Of a stretch of DNA of 47,883 nt, positions 25,659 to 34,312 are shown piece after piece (position 1 is the first letter of the stretch; every line of letters starts with the position of its first letter). The translations under genes were made by a program, and so were the position numbers. The stretch comes from a virus (taxonomy: Duplodnaviria; Caudoviricetes). The stretch is from the IMG/VR virus record IMGVR_UViG_3300002092_000065, positions 1 to 47,883 of that record; one strand, given 5' to 3'. Below the pieces are notes generated by a model. It had not been told where the DNA came from and did not search any database. It saw only the letters and a list, made by a program, of their open reading frames with translations.

Positions 25659-27770
25659 ATGGCGCAAGATACCCAATCACAATACGACCAAATCTATACC
25701 CTCGGGTTAGAAGCTGGGATCAAACGCGACGGAACACAGTTTGAATCCAGAGAATGTAGTGACGGCACTTGGTGCCGTTTTCAACGTGGCGTCCCTAAAA
25801 AAATAGGTGGTTACCAACAGATATTTTCCACATTTAACGGTATCCCTCGCGGCATGGTGATGAACTCCTACGATGGGGTAAACTATGTATTTGCGGGCAA
25901 CCAAAATGGCTTGGATGTTTTTGCAACAGGTCAATCCTTTGGGTTAGGTTCTGGCCCTTACCAAGCACAATTGTTAGCTGGGTATTCTAAATTCACACTA
26001 GCCTCCCATACTACCAATACATTTACTATTACGAGCGCTACTGATATCTCATCAGTATTTCCCGTAGGCACTAAGGTAACTTTTACTCAAGCTGTTAACC
26101 CAACGATATATACAGTTGCAAGTTCAGTATACAGTGCTGGGTCCTTAGTTGTCACTATCACTGGCACCATTGCAGGATCCCCAACAAGCGTTTGGTTAGC
26201 TAACACATACTTTCAACCTGATCCATCACTATTATGGCAATTTGATTATCAGTACCAACCAACGGGTGGCACATTAAATCTTATTGCGCACCCCGGATTA
26301 AATTTATACAACGTAGATAATGCCGTAAAAAGCCAAGTATACATTGGGTCTACCATACCTGATGTTAATGACGCATGGACATTTACTGGACTAGCAGACT
26401 CAGGTGGCGCTAACCCAACATACAAGCCAATTTCGGTTAGTGGCGGCGTTTGCGTATTGCACCCATTTATTTTTGTGTATGGTGACAACGGATTTATTGC
26501 TAACAACAACGTTAGTCAAATCTATGCTGATCAAGTGTTAACTGATTGGAATGGTCCCCTAGCTAACCAAGTCAACGTAGCGACAGGTAAAATTGTTAAA
26601 GGTATGCCTGTTCGCGGTGGCACTGCGTCACCATCTGGATTGTTTTGGGCAACAGATAGCTTGATTAAAGTATCATTTGTTAACAACCCACCAACGTACT
26701 GGAACTACGATATTGTTTCAAGCGAAATCTCTATCATGTCATCAAGCTCAGTAGTTGAGATGGACGGCATTTACTACTGGATGGGTGTTGACCGATTCTA
26801 TGTATATAATGGCTACGTAACAGTATTACCAAATGATAAAAACGTTAACTACTTGTTTAATAATTTAAACTATACTCAACGTCAAAAAGTCTGGGCAACT
26901 AAAGTGCCAAGATACAATGAGATTTGGTTCTTCTACCCTCGCGGCAATTCAGAAGAATGTAATGACGCAATTATTTATAATGTAAAAGACAAACTTTGGT
27001 ATGACGCTGGACTAGGTGAAGGTGCGCAGCGATCAAGTGGATTTACCACAGAAGTATTTCCAACACCTATTTGGGGTGACTGGAACTACAATGTGATGTT
27101 CAGTCAATCATTCCAAGTGATTGCCACTCCTGCAGGACAATCTGCTCCAACTAATAAACAAATGTACTTTAGTGGCAATGTCACTACACAATTCGCCCCT
27201 GGAAGCTACCTTGCTTTCTCAACAGACCCTGCGGATCCTAAGTATCAAATTGCCACTTCGGTGTTTGTATTTAACTCAACCATTGGCGGAGCTGGTGCTA
27301 CTAAAGTAACACTAACACAAGCACTCACAGGCACGCCAGCAGTTGGTACCTATGTTTATGGAGTCTCCGGCGGCTATGGTATTTGGCAACATGAAACAGG
27401 TTTAAACAAAGTATCTACTAAGGCCGAAGAAGCCGTGTATTCAAGCTTCACCACCTGCGACTTATCTTGGGTTGGCGGAACACCATCGGCAGACTCTTCA
27501 CCAGCGATTAACAGACGATTCCATTTGCGCAGAGTTGAACCAGACTTTGTTCTTGGTGGATCTTTGCAATTGACTCTCCAAGGTCGTAAATTTGCTCAGA
27601 GCCCTACTGTTACAAACGGCCCGTATATTATTGACGAGAATACAGAAAAAGTTGACCTACGTGTTGAGTATCGTCAAATGAATTTAAAGTTTGAATCAAA
27701 TAGTATCGATGGCAATTACGAAATGGGTCGTATCCTACTCACTGCTGAGTTGGGAGATCAAAGACCTTAA
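25659..27770 (+). CDS. tail nozzle/tubular protein B-like (beta-propeller)
   Basis: GIKRDGT..RFQRGVPKKIGG N-terminus, YNEIWFFYP; synteny with ejection genes. Confidence 0.65.
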   Translation: MAQDTQSQYDQIYTLGLEAGIKRDGTQFESRECSDGTWCRFQRGVPKKIGGYQQIFSTFNGIPRGMVMNSYDGVNYVFAGNQNGLDVFATGQSFGLGSGPYQAQLLAGYSKFTLASHTTNTFTITSATDISSVFPVGTKVTFTQAVNPTIYTVASSVYSAGSLVVTITGTIAGSPTSVWLANTYFQPDPSLLWQFDYQYQPTGGTLNLIAHPGLNLYNVDNAVKSQVYIGSTIPDVNDAWTFTGLADSGGANPTYKPISVSGGVCVLHPFIFVYGDNGFIANNNVSQIYADQVLTDWNGPLANQVNVATGKIVKGMPVRGGTASPSGLFWATDSLIKVSFVNNPPTYWNYDIVSSEISIMSSSSVVEMDGIYYWMGVDRFYVYNGYVTVLPNDKNVNYLFNNLNYTQRQKVWATKVPRYNEIWFFYPRGNSEECNDAIIYNVKDKLWYDAGLGEGAQRSSGFTTEVFPTPIWGDWNYNVMFSQSFQVIATPAGQSAPTNKQMYFSGNVTTQFAPGSYLAFSTDPADPKYQIATSVFVFNSTIGGAGATKVTLTQALTGTPAVGTYVYGVSGGYGIWQHETGLNKVSTKAEEAVYSSFTTCDLSWVGGTPSADSSPAINRRFHLRRVEPDFVLGGSLQLTLQGRKFAQSPTVTNGPYIIDENTEKVDLRVEYRQMNLKFESNSIDGNYEMGRILLTAELGDQRP

Positions 27771-28018
27771 TGCAAATCAACTTTCCATATCAGCCTCAAC
27801 ATACCGATTGGCAAACGTTCAATGGTAATTTGATTATGCATTTTGGCCAAACGCCTATTCCTATTTCGTCAGAAGAAGAGTGGCACATCACCGCCAATAA
27901 CATTATTCAAACACCTGCGCTTTCAAAATTCGGAATTGCCGGGCCTGAAGGGTTTGATAATTGGCAAGATTGGGCAGGACAATTCATCATTTCAATTAAT
28001 GGACAATCACGTTATTAG
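27770..28018 (+). CDS. hypothetical virion protein
   Basis: 82 aa, FDNWQDWA motif, coupled to previous gene. Confidence 0.6.
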   Translation: MQINFPYQPQHTDWQTFNGNLIMHFGQTPIPISSEEEWHITANNIIQTPALSKFGIAGPEGFDNWQDWAGQFIISINGQSRY

Positions 28019-28048
28019 GGCGTATACTAGCACTTTTATGCATTAGTA
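28018..28048 (+). promoter_or_regulatory. phage-specific promoter motif copy (leaderless transcript)
   Basis: GGGCG 28018 + N16 + TGCATTAGTA 28039-28048; ATG 7 nt downstream, no SD. Confidence 0.75.
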
Positions 28049-28055
28049 TACTTAG

Positions 28056-28508
28056 ATGATAACCTACCAAAGAGAGACGTACCAGGTATTATTGGATGAA
28101 GCTTTAGATCTTTTTAGGACGCATTCTGAAGAGTCATCCGAGCGATTAGATCTCATTCCGCTTGAAGTAAACCATCAAGGTTATTTGAGATTAGAAGCTG
28201 CTAATAAGTTATTTGTATTCACAATTCGGGACGGTTCTAAATTAATAGGCTATTCCAAATGGATTGTCTCAAATCCGTTGCATTATAAAAACAGCTTAAC
28301 AGTGTCATCTACAACAATTTACGTATTGCCAGAATACCGAAAAGGCTTGCTGGGATATAAATTTATTAAGTGGGCCATCGCCCAACTTAAAAAGCGCAAA
28401 ATTAAAAGAATTCTAATTGGCATTAAGCCACACCATGATTTTGGTAAACTATTAGAACGACTTGGCGCTACACATTTTGAAAAAGTATACTCAATAGTAT
28501 TGGAATAG
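28056..28508 (+). CDS. GNAT-fold acetyltransferase-like protein
   Basis: IYVLPEYRKGLLGYKFI acetyl-CoA motif A, LLERLGA motif B; heads ejection-protein cluster. Confidence 0.7.
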   Translation: MITYQRETYQVLLDEALDLFRTHSEESSERLDLIPLEVNHQGYLRLEAANKLFVFTIRDGSKLIGYSKWIVSNPLHYKNSLTVSSTTIYVLPEYRKGLLGYKFIKWAIAQLKKRKIKRILIGIKPHHDFGKLLERLGATHFEKVYSIVLE

Positions 28509-28510
28509 AT

Positions 28511-29299
28511 ATGTCAGATTTTGTACCAGGAGTCGATGATGTAGTAGGATACGCCCTTGGCGATGTTATCCCCGGAGGCAATGTATTATATAACGCTTTG
28601 GGTTCTGATTTCGCCCCAGGGATTAACGAATCTACCGGCGGCGCCAACATGTTGGGTAATAACTTTGCCCCTGGGATTAACGAATCTACCGGCGGCGCTA
28701 ACATGTTGGGTAATGGCAGCACTTGGGGATCTAATTTACTTAAAAATTTATCAGGTTCTGCATTGTCTGCAGCTCAAAAAGCCTTAAGTGGTCAGCCCAC
28801 TGGCACAGGCACCGGCACGGGCACTGACACCAGCACGGGCAATGGTACAGGCTCACAGTATGCATCTTTACCTAATATCACAGGCGATGTTCTTCAAGGA
28901 TCTAGCACTCCGCTATTTAATTTCAATCCATCTTTTGGCAATACTCCAATGTCAAATACAACTCAAGCTGCTCCTTCTTTTGCAGAAGGTGGTGAAGTTC
29001 CAGGGCATGAGCCACAATTTTATAGTGAAGGCGGTTTAGGTAATCGGTACGTTCAAGGCGATGGAGATGGCACATCGGATAGTGTTCCAGCTATGTTAGC
29101 CTCGGGTGAGTTTGTTATTCCTGCAGATGTGGTTTCATCTTTGGGTAATGGTAGCAGCGATAGCGGCGCTTCAATATTAGACCAATTCTTAGCAGCTATT
29201 CGCGAACACAAACAAGATCATGCACCAGATGAACTTCCCCCAGATAGCGAAGGACCTTTAGCATATTTAGAAAAAGCAAAAAATAAGGTGGATGCATAA
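28511..29299 (+). CDS. putative ejection/internal virion protein
   Basis: G/T-rich N-terminus; GDGDGTSDSVPAMLASGEFVIPADVV conserved domain. Confidence 0.6.
   Translation: MSDFVPGVDDVVGYALGDVIPGGNVLYNALGSDFAPGINESTGGANMLGNNFAPGINESTGGANMLGNGSTWGSNLLKNLSGSALSAAQKALSGQPTGTGTGTGTDTSTGNGTGSQYASLPNITGDVLQGSSTPLFNFNPSFGNTPMSNTTQAAPSFAEGGEVPGHEPQFYSEGGLGNRYVQGDGDGTSDSVPAMLASGEFVIPADVVSSLGNGSSDSGASILDQFLAAIREHKQDHAPDELPPDSEGPLAYLEKAKNKVDA
28610..28714 (+). repeat. 54-bp in-frame tandem duplication (FAPGINESTGGANMLGN x2)
   Basis: Two near-identical copies differing at synonymous sites. Confidence 0.9.
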
Positions 29300-30219
29300 T
29301 GTCTGGTCTCAATAGTTTAGTTTCAGATTCAACAACCAAGACCACGACGCTACCATCTTGGTATTCAACAGCTCAACAAGATGCTGTTAATAGCGCAACT
29401 TCCGGTGTTAATGCGATGCCATCAATTGGAAACACCGTGGCAGGAACAGCAATTAACACATTGTCTGGCCCCAATAACCCTTTTACTCAAGGGCAAAGTA
29501 CATTAAATACAATCGCAACAGGAGCTGCAAATCCTTGGCTAACTGATGCTTCTGGGAATGTTACTCCAAACACTAATACCGCAATGGGTGGATTGTTTGC
29601 TGCTCAAGATCAACAGTTACATACTTTATTACCTCAATATGAAGCGCCAGCAACGGCCGGAGCAATTTCTAGTGGTAACTTTGGATCACTTCGAGGTCAA
29701 ACTGCTGCGGATACTGCTGTAACAAATGCACAAGCTAATTTAACGACACAGCAAATGCAAGAAGCTTTATCTAACCAACAAACAGGTGTGAACGCATCAA
29801 CCGGATTAGGTAATGTAGGAGCTCAAGGAGTAACTGCAGAATCCACATTAGGATCTTTACAACAAGCGGATCCAACTAAACAAGCTGCCGCGTTATCAAC
29901 TATTTTAGGTAATATTAAAGCTCCAGAAACAGTGTCAGAACAAGGTCAGTTATCTCCATTATCTCAACTCACTGCTATTTCTAAAGCTTTAGGTATGACC
30001 CCTGCAGGTGTTTTATCAAGTGTTGGAAATACTGCTAGTAGTATTTTAGGCCAATTATTTGGCTCTAGTGACTCATCTATTCCTGATACGGGTATTCCAG
30101 AAAGCACAACTCCAACAGTAGATAACTCAGATACATCAAATAATAATTACGGAACCGTTGATACAAATATCCCGGATTATACTGGTGCAGTATATCCGGA
30201 CTATTCTACCACACCTTAA
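29299..30219 (+). CDS. putative DNA ejection protein
   Basis: Q/A/G/N-rich helical protein, TTLPSWY, GNFGSLRG motif. Confidence 0.55.
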   Translation: MSGLNSLVSDSTTKTTTLPSWYSTAQQDAVNSATSGVNAMPSIGNTVAGTAINTLSGPNNPFTQGQSTLNTIATGAANPWLTDASGNVTPNTNTAMGGLFAAQDQQLHTLLPQYEAPATAGAISSGNFGSLRGQTAADTAVTNAQANLTTQQMQEALSNQQTGVNASTGLGNVGAQGVTAESTLGSLQQADPTKQAAALSTILGNIKAPETVSEQGQLSPLSQLTAISKALGMTPAGVLSSVGNTASSILGQLFGSSDSSIPDTGIPESTTPTVDNSDTSNNNYGTVDTNIPDYTGAVYPDYSTTP

Positions 30220-30229
30220 GGAAAAATAA

Positions 30230-32386
30230 ATGGCAAGTGGATTAGATACTCTAACAAGTAATATTTTACCCGGGGAATCCGGTGGATTACCTACGGATGA
30301 GCTCTCGACTGAATCGACTCCATCTGATGGAGGATTGACCTCTGTTAAAGCACCTAGTGTAAAAGGTGGATTTGGATTTGGTAGTCCAGTTTTGGATGCA
30401 ACTAATTCTGCTGAAGTTCTTAAAAATATGCAAAAATTTATTGATGAGCGTTCAAGCCCATATCATAAATTTATTAGCAATTTAGATGATGCTCGCGCAG
30501 CTGCTGTGGCCAATGTTCATGGCGAAGGAACAACTGCCGTAAATGCTAGAGAAAAGCAAAAAGAAGAAGAAGCAAAAACCATTTTTGATATGCAAAATCA
30601 AATGGCTGCACTTAAAGCAGCTCAAGCAACACAAGCTAGACAACGAGAACAGCTTCTAAGTGATTACGCTGCGGCACACCCACAAGCTGGATCCAATGTT
30701 GTAATTCCTGGATCGTCTTCGTCTCCTAATGGTATGCCTGAATCCATGTGGGAAGATTATAAACAAGCATTAAATAATAACGATTTAGCGGGTGCCGCCA
30801 AAATTAAATCGGACTGGAATAAATACACAGCTCAAGAAGGCTTTAAGGCTCGCACAGGATTTGAAAATAGCGGTCCAGGCAGAACACAGCAAACTTACAC
30901 AGTTAAAACTGCTGAAGGTGTTCGTCAAGTTGATTTGGATCCTGTCCAGTGGTCAAATGTTCAAGCTACTCGTCAATTGCCTGACGGTACTCCGGTGCTT
31001 GCTGCAGGCCCTACAGCAGCGGCTCCAAAAGCTGCAGCTCCTGTAGGACCTCAAGGAATAGGATTATCCCCATCTGATATCAGAAAAGTTGAATCTGGTA
31101 ATAAACCATTTGCGGTAGGTCCTAATGTACCAGGTCAAGGTTCAGCTAAAAGTTCAATGCAAGTAATGGATGCCACAAGTACAAATCCGGGTTTTGGCGT
31201 TAAGCCTGCTCAATTGACTGGGGACAAGGTACATGATGAAGCCGAACTTACTCGCGTGGGTACCGACTACTTCAATGCCTTAAAGACTAAATATGGCAAT
31301 GACACTCTAGCTGCTGCAGCATATAATATGGGTCCAGGATCTACGGACGCATGGATTGCCGCTGGTGCGGATTATAAAAAATTACCACAAGAAACTAAAG
31401 ATTACATTGCTAAAGTGCATTTAGCTAATGCCACTTCTGGATTAGCTAAACCGGCAACGGCAGCTCCAGCAACGGCAGCTCCAGCAACGGCAGCTCCAGC
31501 AACGGCAGCTCCAGCAACAACAACGGCCGGGGATAATGAAAAGCGTGCTCAAGCATATTGGGATACGCACCCACCACAAAATAAAGTTCAGTTTGATAAA
31601 CAAAAGTCTGATATTGAAGAAGCTCGAAAAGCTGATGTTTCTTTAGCATCAGAAAAAGAAAAAGAACGCACAAAAGCTAAATTACAAGGAACTATTACTG
31701 AAAATCAAGCTTCAGGCAAAGCTGCCGCTAAAATGCAAGATTTAGCTGCCCATGCCGATGACGTCATTGGGGCTGCATCTCGAGTAGCCGAACATGCCAA
31801 AGTTCATCCTGAAGAATTTGCTTGGACTCAACAACCGGGACTTAAAGGTGCAGGTCTTTCTATGATTGGAGCTATAAGCCCTACAGTAGAACATGGTGTT
31901 GAAAATGTGTTACAAACCGTGAATCCTAACAAAGATGAACAAGGTCTAACTAAAGCTGATCGCCGTAACCAAACAAATACGGACGCCGGTAAATTAGGTT
32001 TTGCTGCAGCTTCTGAACTGTTTGCTGGATCTGGTGCCAGATTGGGTGTTGGTCTTGAGCAGATGGTTGCTAAATCTAAAGGCGTTGGTACAGAACATTC
32101 AGCGTCCACTAATGTGATGAATGCATCATTAATTAAAATGGCAGCTCAAAAAGCTAAAGATTTGGCTCCAGCTTGGACTGAATATAAAAACTCTAAACCT
32201 GCCGGTGAGGCGGATTATTATACGTTTTTACAAACAGACCCCAAGGCTAAATTTATTGAAACTAAATGGGATCCCGCATTTAAACAATGGGTTGACACCG
32301 CTAAGAAAGAAGCTCCTGATTATTATAAACAATTAGTTAGTGGGTCTTCTAAACCAGATATCAAATCGTTTTATAAAAAGAAATAG
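30230..32386 (+). CDS. internal virion protein with lytic transglycosylase (SLT) domain
   Basis: IRKVESGN (catalytic E), MQVMDAT, AAAAYNMGPG, ETKDYI. Confidence 0.8.
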   Translation: MASGLDTLTSNILPGESGGLPTDELSTESTPSDGGLTSVKAPSVKGGFGFGSPVLDATNSAEVLKNMQKFIDERSSPYHKFISNLDDARAAAVANVHGEGTTAVNAREKQKEEEAKTIFDMQNQMAALKAAQATQARQREQLLSDYAAAHPQAGSNVVIPGSSSSPNGMPESMWEDYKQALNNNDLAGAAKIKSDWNKYTAQEGFKARTGFENSGPGRTQQTYTVKTAEGVRQVDLDPVQWSNVQATRQLPDGTPVLAAGPTAAAPKAAAPVGPQGIGLSPSDIRKVESGNKPFAVGPNVPGQGSAKSSMQVMDATSTNPGFGVKPAQLTGDKVHDEAELTRVGTDYFNALKTKYGNDTLAAAAYNMGPGSTDAWIAAGADYKKLPQETKDYIAKVHLANATSGLAKPATAAPATAAPATAAPATAAPATTTAGDNEKRAQAYWDTHPPQNKVQFDKQKSDIEEARKADVSLASEKEKERTKAKLQGTITENQASGKAAAKMQDLAAHADDVIGAASRVAEHAKVHPEEFAWTQQPGLKGAGLSMIGAISPTVEHGVENVLQTVNPNKDEQGLTKADRRNQTNTDAGKLGFAAASELFAGSGARLGVGLEQMVAKSKGVGTEHSASTNVMNASLIKMAAQKAKDLAPAWTEYKNSKPAGEADYYTFLQTDPKAKFIETKWDPAFKQWVDTAKKEAPDYYKQLVSGSSKPDIKSFYKKK
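31454..31513 (+). repeat. 15-bp perfect tandem repeat x4 (ATAAP linker)
   Basis: GCAACGGCAGCTCCA x4. Confidence 0.95.
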
Positions 32387-32398
32387 GATTTAACATCC

Positions 32399-34312
32399 AT
32401 GGGTGAATTTGACATTCAAGCTGCAAGAAATGCTGGGCTTTCTGATGAGGAAATCGCAGGAGAGTTAGCTAAGCATCATAATTACGATTTAAGTGCTGCG
32501 ATAAATGCGGGGCATTCTTATACAGATGTAGCTAACGAATTAGCTTCTCAACCCATGCAACATCCAAGGGGGGAGTATGAGGGTGATCCTGTTGAGGCCG
32601 CCGTCATTGGCGGAGCTCTAGGAGCAACTGGATCCACTGCTAAGGGTACCGTAAAAACTGGATATGATATTATCCACCGTTTGGTTAATGGTCCTAAAAA
32701 AGTTGAAACTCCAGTTGTTGAACCTTCACCTGCAGAGGCTGCTCCTGTAGTTGAAGATCCTGCAGTTCAACCTATTGATATTCCCGCAGAACCTACAGCT
32801 GCCGAATTGGCCGGAAAAGAAAAGTGGAATGCCAAGTTGACAGGCGCTTCTGTGCCCGGATCTCAAATGGATGCGGCATCTTTAGCTAAAAATAGAGATT
32901 TAATGAAAGCCGCCCACGAAATGGGAGGCTCTTTATCTAATGAAGGTATTTTATTAGGGCCTAAAGATACTCACGCAAATAGAGTTGCTGAAGATGCTCT
33001 TAAACGAGCCAGGCAAGCTCGTGTTGAATCGGCTCTTAAAGATGCGCATTTAGCTGAAGAAGCTCGTATGTCAGCTAAATTAAAAGCAGAACAAGCAGCT
33101 CGAGCAGCTCAAGCAGCTCAAGAAGCTTCTATTCCAGGGCGAGCCAAAGCCGTTTTAACAGGAGCTCAAAAAGTTGCTAAACCTGTTACCAATGTAATTT
33201 CAAAAATTGGATCCATCCCACTGCTTGGCCCAACCTTGGCTACTGCGGGTACTTTAGGTGAAGCTCAAGATGCATACAATCGAGCCCAACATGGAGATTA
33301 TGGTAGATCTTTAATCAGTGGATTAGGGGCCATTGGATCTGCAGCTTCTGCTTTAGCACCCACACCGGCTACTAAGGGTATTGGCGGTGCGGCATCAATT
33401 GCCGCTCCAGCAATTAATGCTTTGATTGATAAATACTATGGTCGTGAAGGATATGCTGACGGCGGCCCTGTATTATCATATCCAATGGGTGGCGGACTGA
33501 ATTACACAATGCCGGGGTTTGCTGAAGGTGGTGGCCTCGCGCAACCAAAAAAGTTTGCAGATGGTAAATCAACAGGATCTCCATCCACATTAGATAGAAT
33601 AAACTCTTTAGCTAAAAAATATCTGCCACAAGATTTAATAATCACCGGAAATGAATATCACAATTGGTTGGATTCCGTGGCAACTCCTAAAAAATCCAGA
33701 ATTTCTTCCTATGGTAAGCTCCTTCCAGAGTATTCTCCCGAAATTCCGTATCCTATGTCGAAATATGGAACCAATTTGACTTCTATGCCTGGAAATTATC
33801 TACCTATCTATGGTAGTAAAGTTTCTGTGGGTAATCCATTAAATTTTTATAGCCATGATCCAGTGGCGGGAGACACAGATTCTTCGGGAAATATTACTAT
33901 AAGTAGACCTGTAACTTCTAAAACTGGAGATCCAATTGGAACTTTAATTCATGAAGCTCAACATGGAAGAGATATTTTATCTAAATATAAGGCTGATGAT
34001 TATAGCAAACTTGTTAATAAAGATCAGTTACAAAAACAAGATGATTTAATTTCTAGCTCAGTTAGTTCTAAACTTAATGAGTTAGCTGCAGATACTAGGT
34101 ACTCAGATCCATATTTATTAAAAGCTTTCACAGGACAATCAGAATCTCCGGAAGTTATTGCTCAACTTAAAGAGTATGAGGCTAGACTTCCCGCCGGTAT
34201 GACTATGTTCCAAAGCCCTTTAGGTAAGGATTTATTTAAAGACAACGCATCTAAGACTTGGTATTTAACTCATACTACGGATAGTATGAGCTCCCCAAAT
34301 TTTCAAGAATAA
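32399..34312 (+). CDS. putative ejection protein with C-terminal HExxH metallopeptidase-like domain
   Basis: AGLSDEEI N-terminal repeats, hydrophobic G/A segments, YADGG/FAEGG motifs, TLIHEAQHGRD. Confidence 0.55.
   Translation: MGEFDIQAARNAGLSDEEIAGELAKHHNYDLSAAINAGHSYTDVANELASQPMQHPRGEYEGDPVEAAVIGGALGATGSTAKGTVKTGYDIIHRLVNGPKKVETPVVEPSPAEAAPVVEDPAVQPIDIPAEPTAAELAGKEKWNAKLTGASVPGSQMDAASLAKNRDLMKAAHEMGGSLSNEGILLGPKDTHANRVAEDALKRARQARVESALKDAHLAEEARMSAKLKAEQAARAAQAAQEASIPGRAKAVLTGAQKVAKPVTNVISKIGSIPLLGPTLATAGTLGEAQDAYNRAQHGDYGRSLISGLGAIGSAASALAPTPATKGIGGAASIAAPAINALIDKYYGREGYADGGPVLSYPMGGGLNYTMPGFAEGGGLAQPKKFADGKSTGSPSTLDRINSLAKKYLPQDLIITGNEYHNWLDSVATPKKSRISSYGKLLPEYSPEIPYPMSKYGTNLTSMPGNYLPIYGSKVSVGNPLNFYSHDPVAGDTDSSGNITISRPVTSKTGDPIGTLIHEAQHGRDILSKYKADDYSKLVNKDQLQKQDDLISSSVSSKLNELAADTRYSDPYLLKAFTGQSESPEVIAQLKEYEARLPAGMTMFQSPLGKDLFKDNASKTWYLTHTTDSMSSPNFQE

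Noticed and set aside
28610-28714. Direct repeats as a possible CRISPR or guide array
   Set aside because: Only two adjacent in-frame copies with synonymous changes and no spacers.
874-33000. Many antisense or alternate-frame ORFs in the track (e.g. 874-1200, 8335-8859, 14476-16365, 21547-21993)
   Set aside because: Shadows of long, codon-biased genes; no RBS or recognisable motifs.
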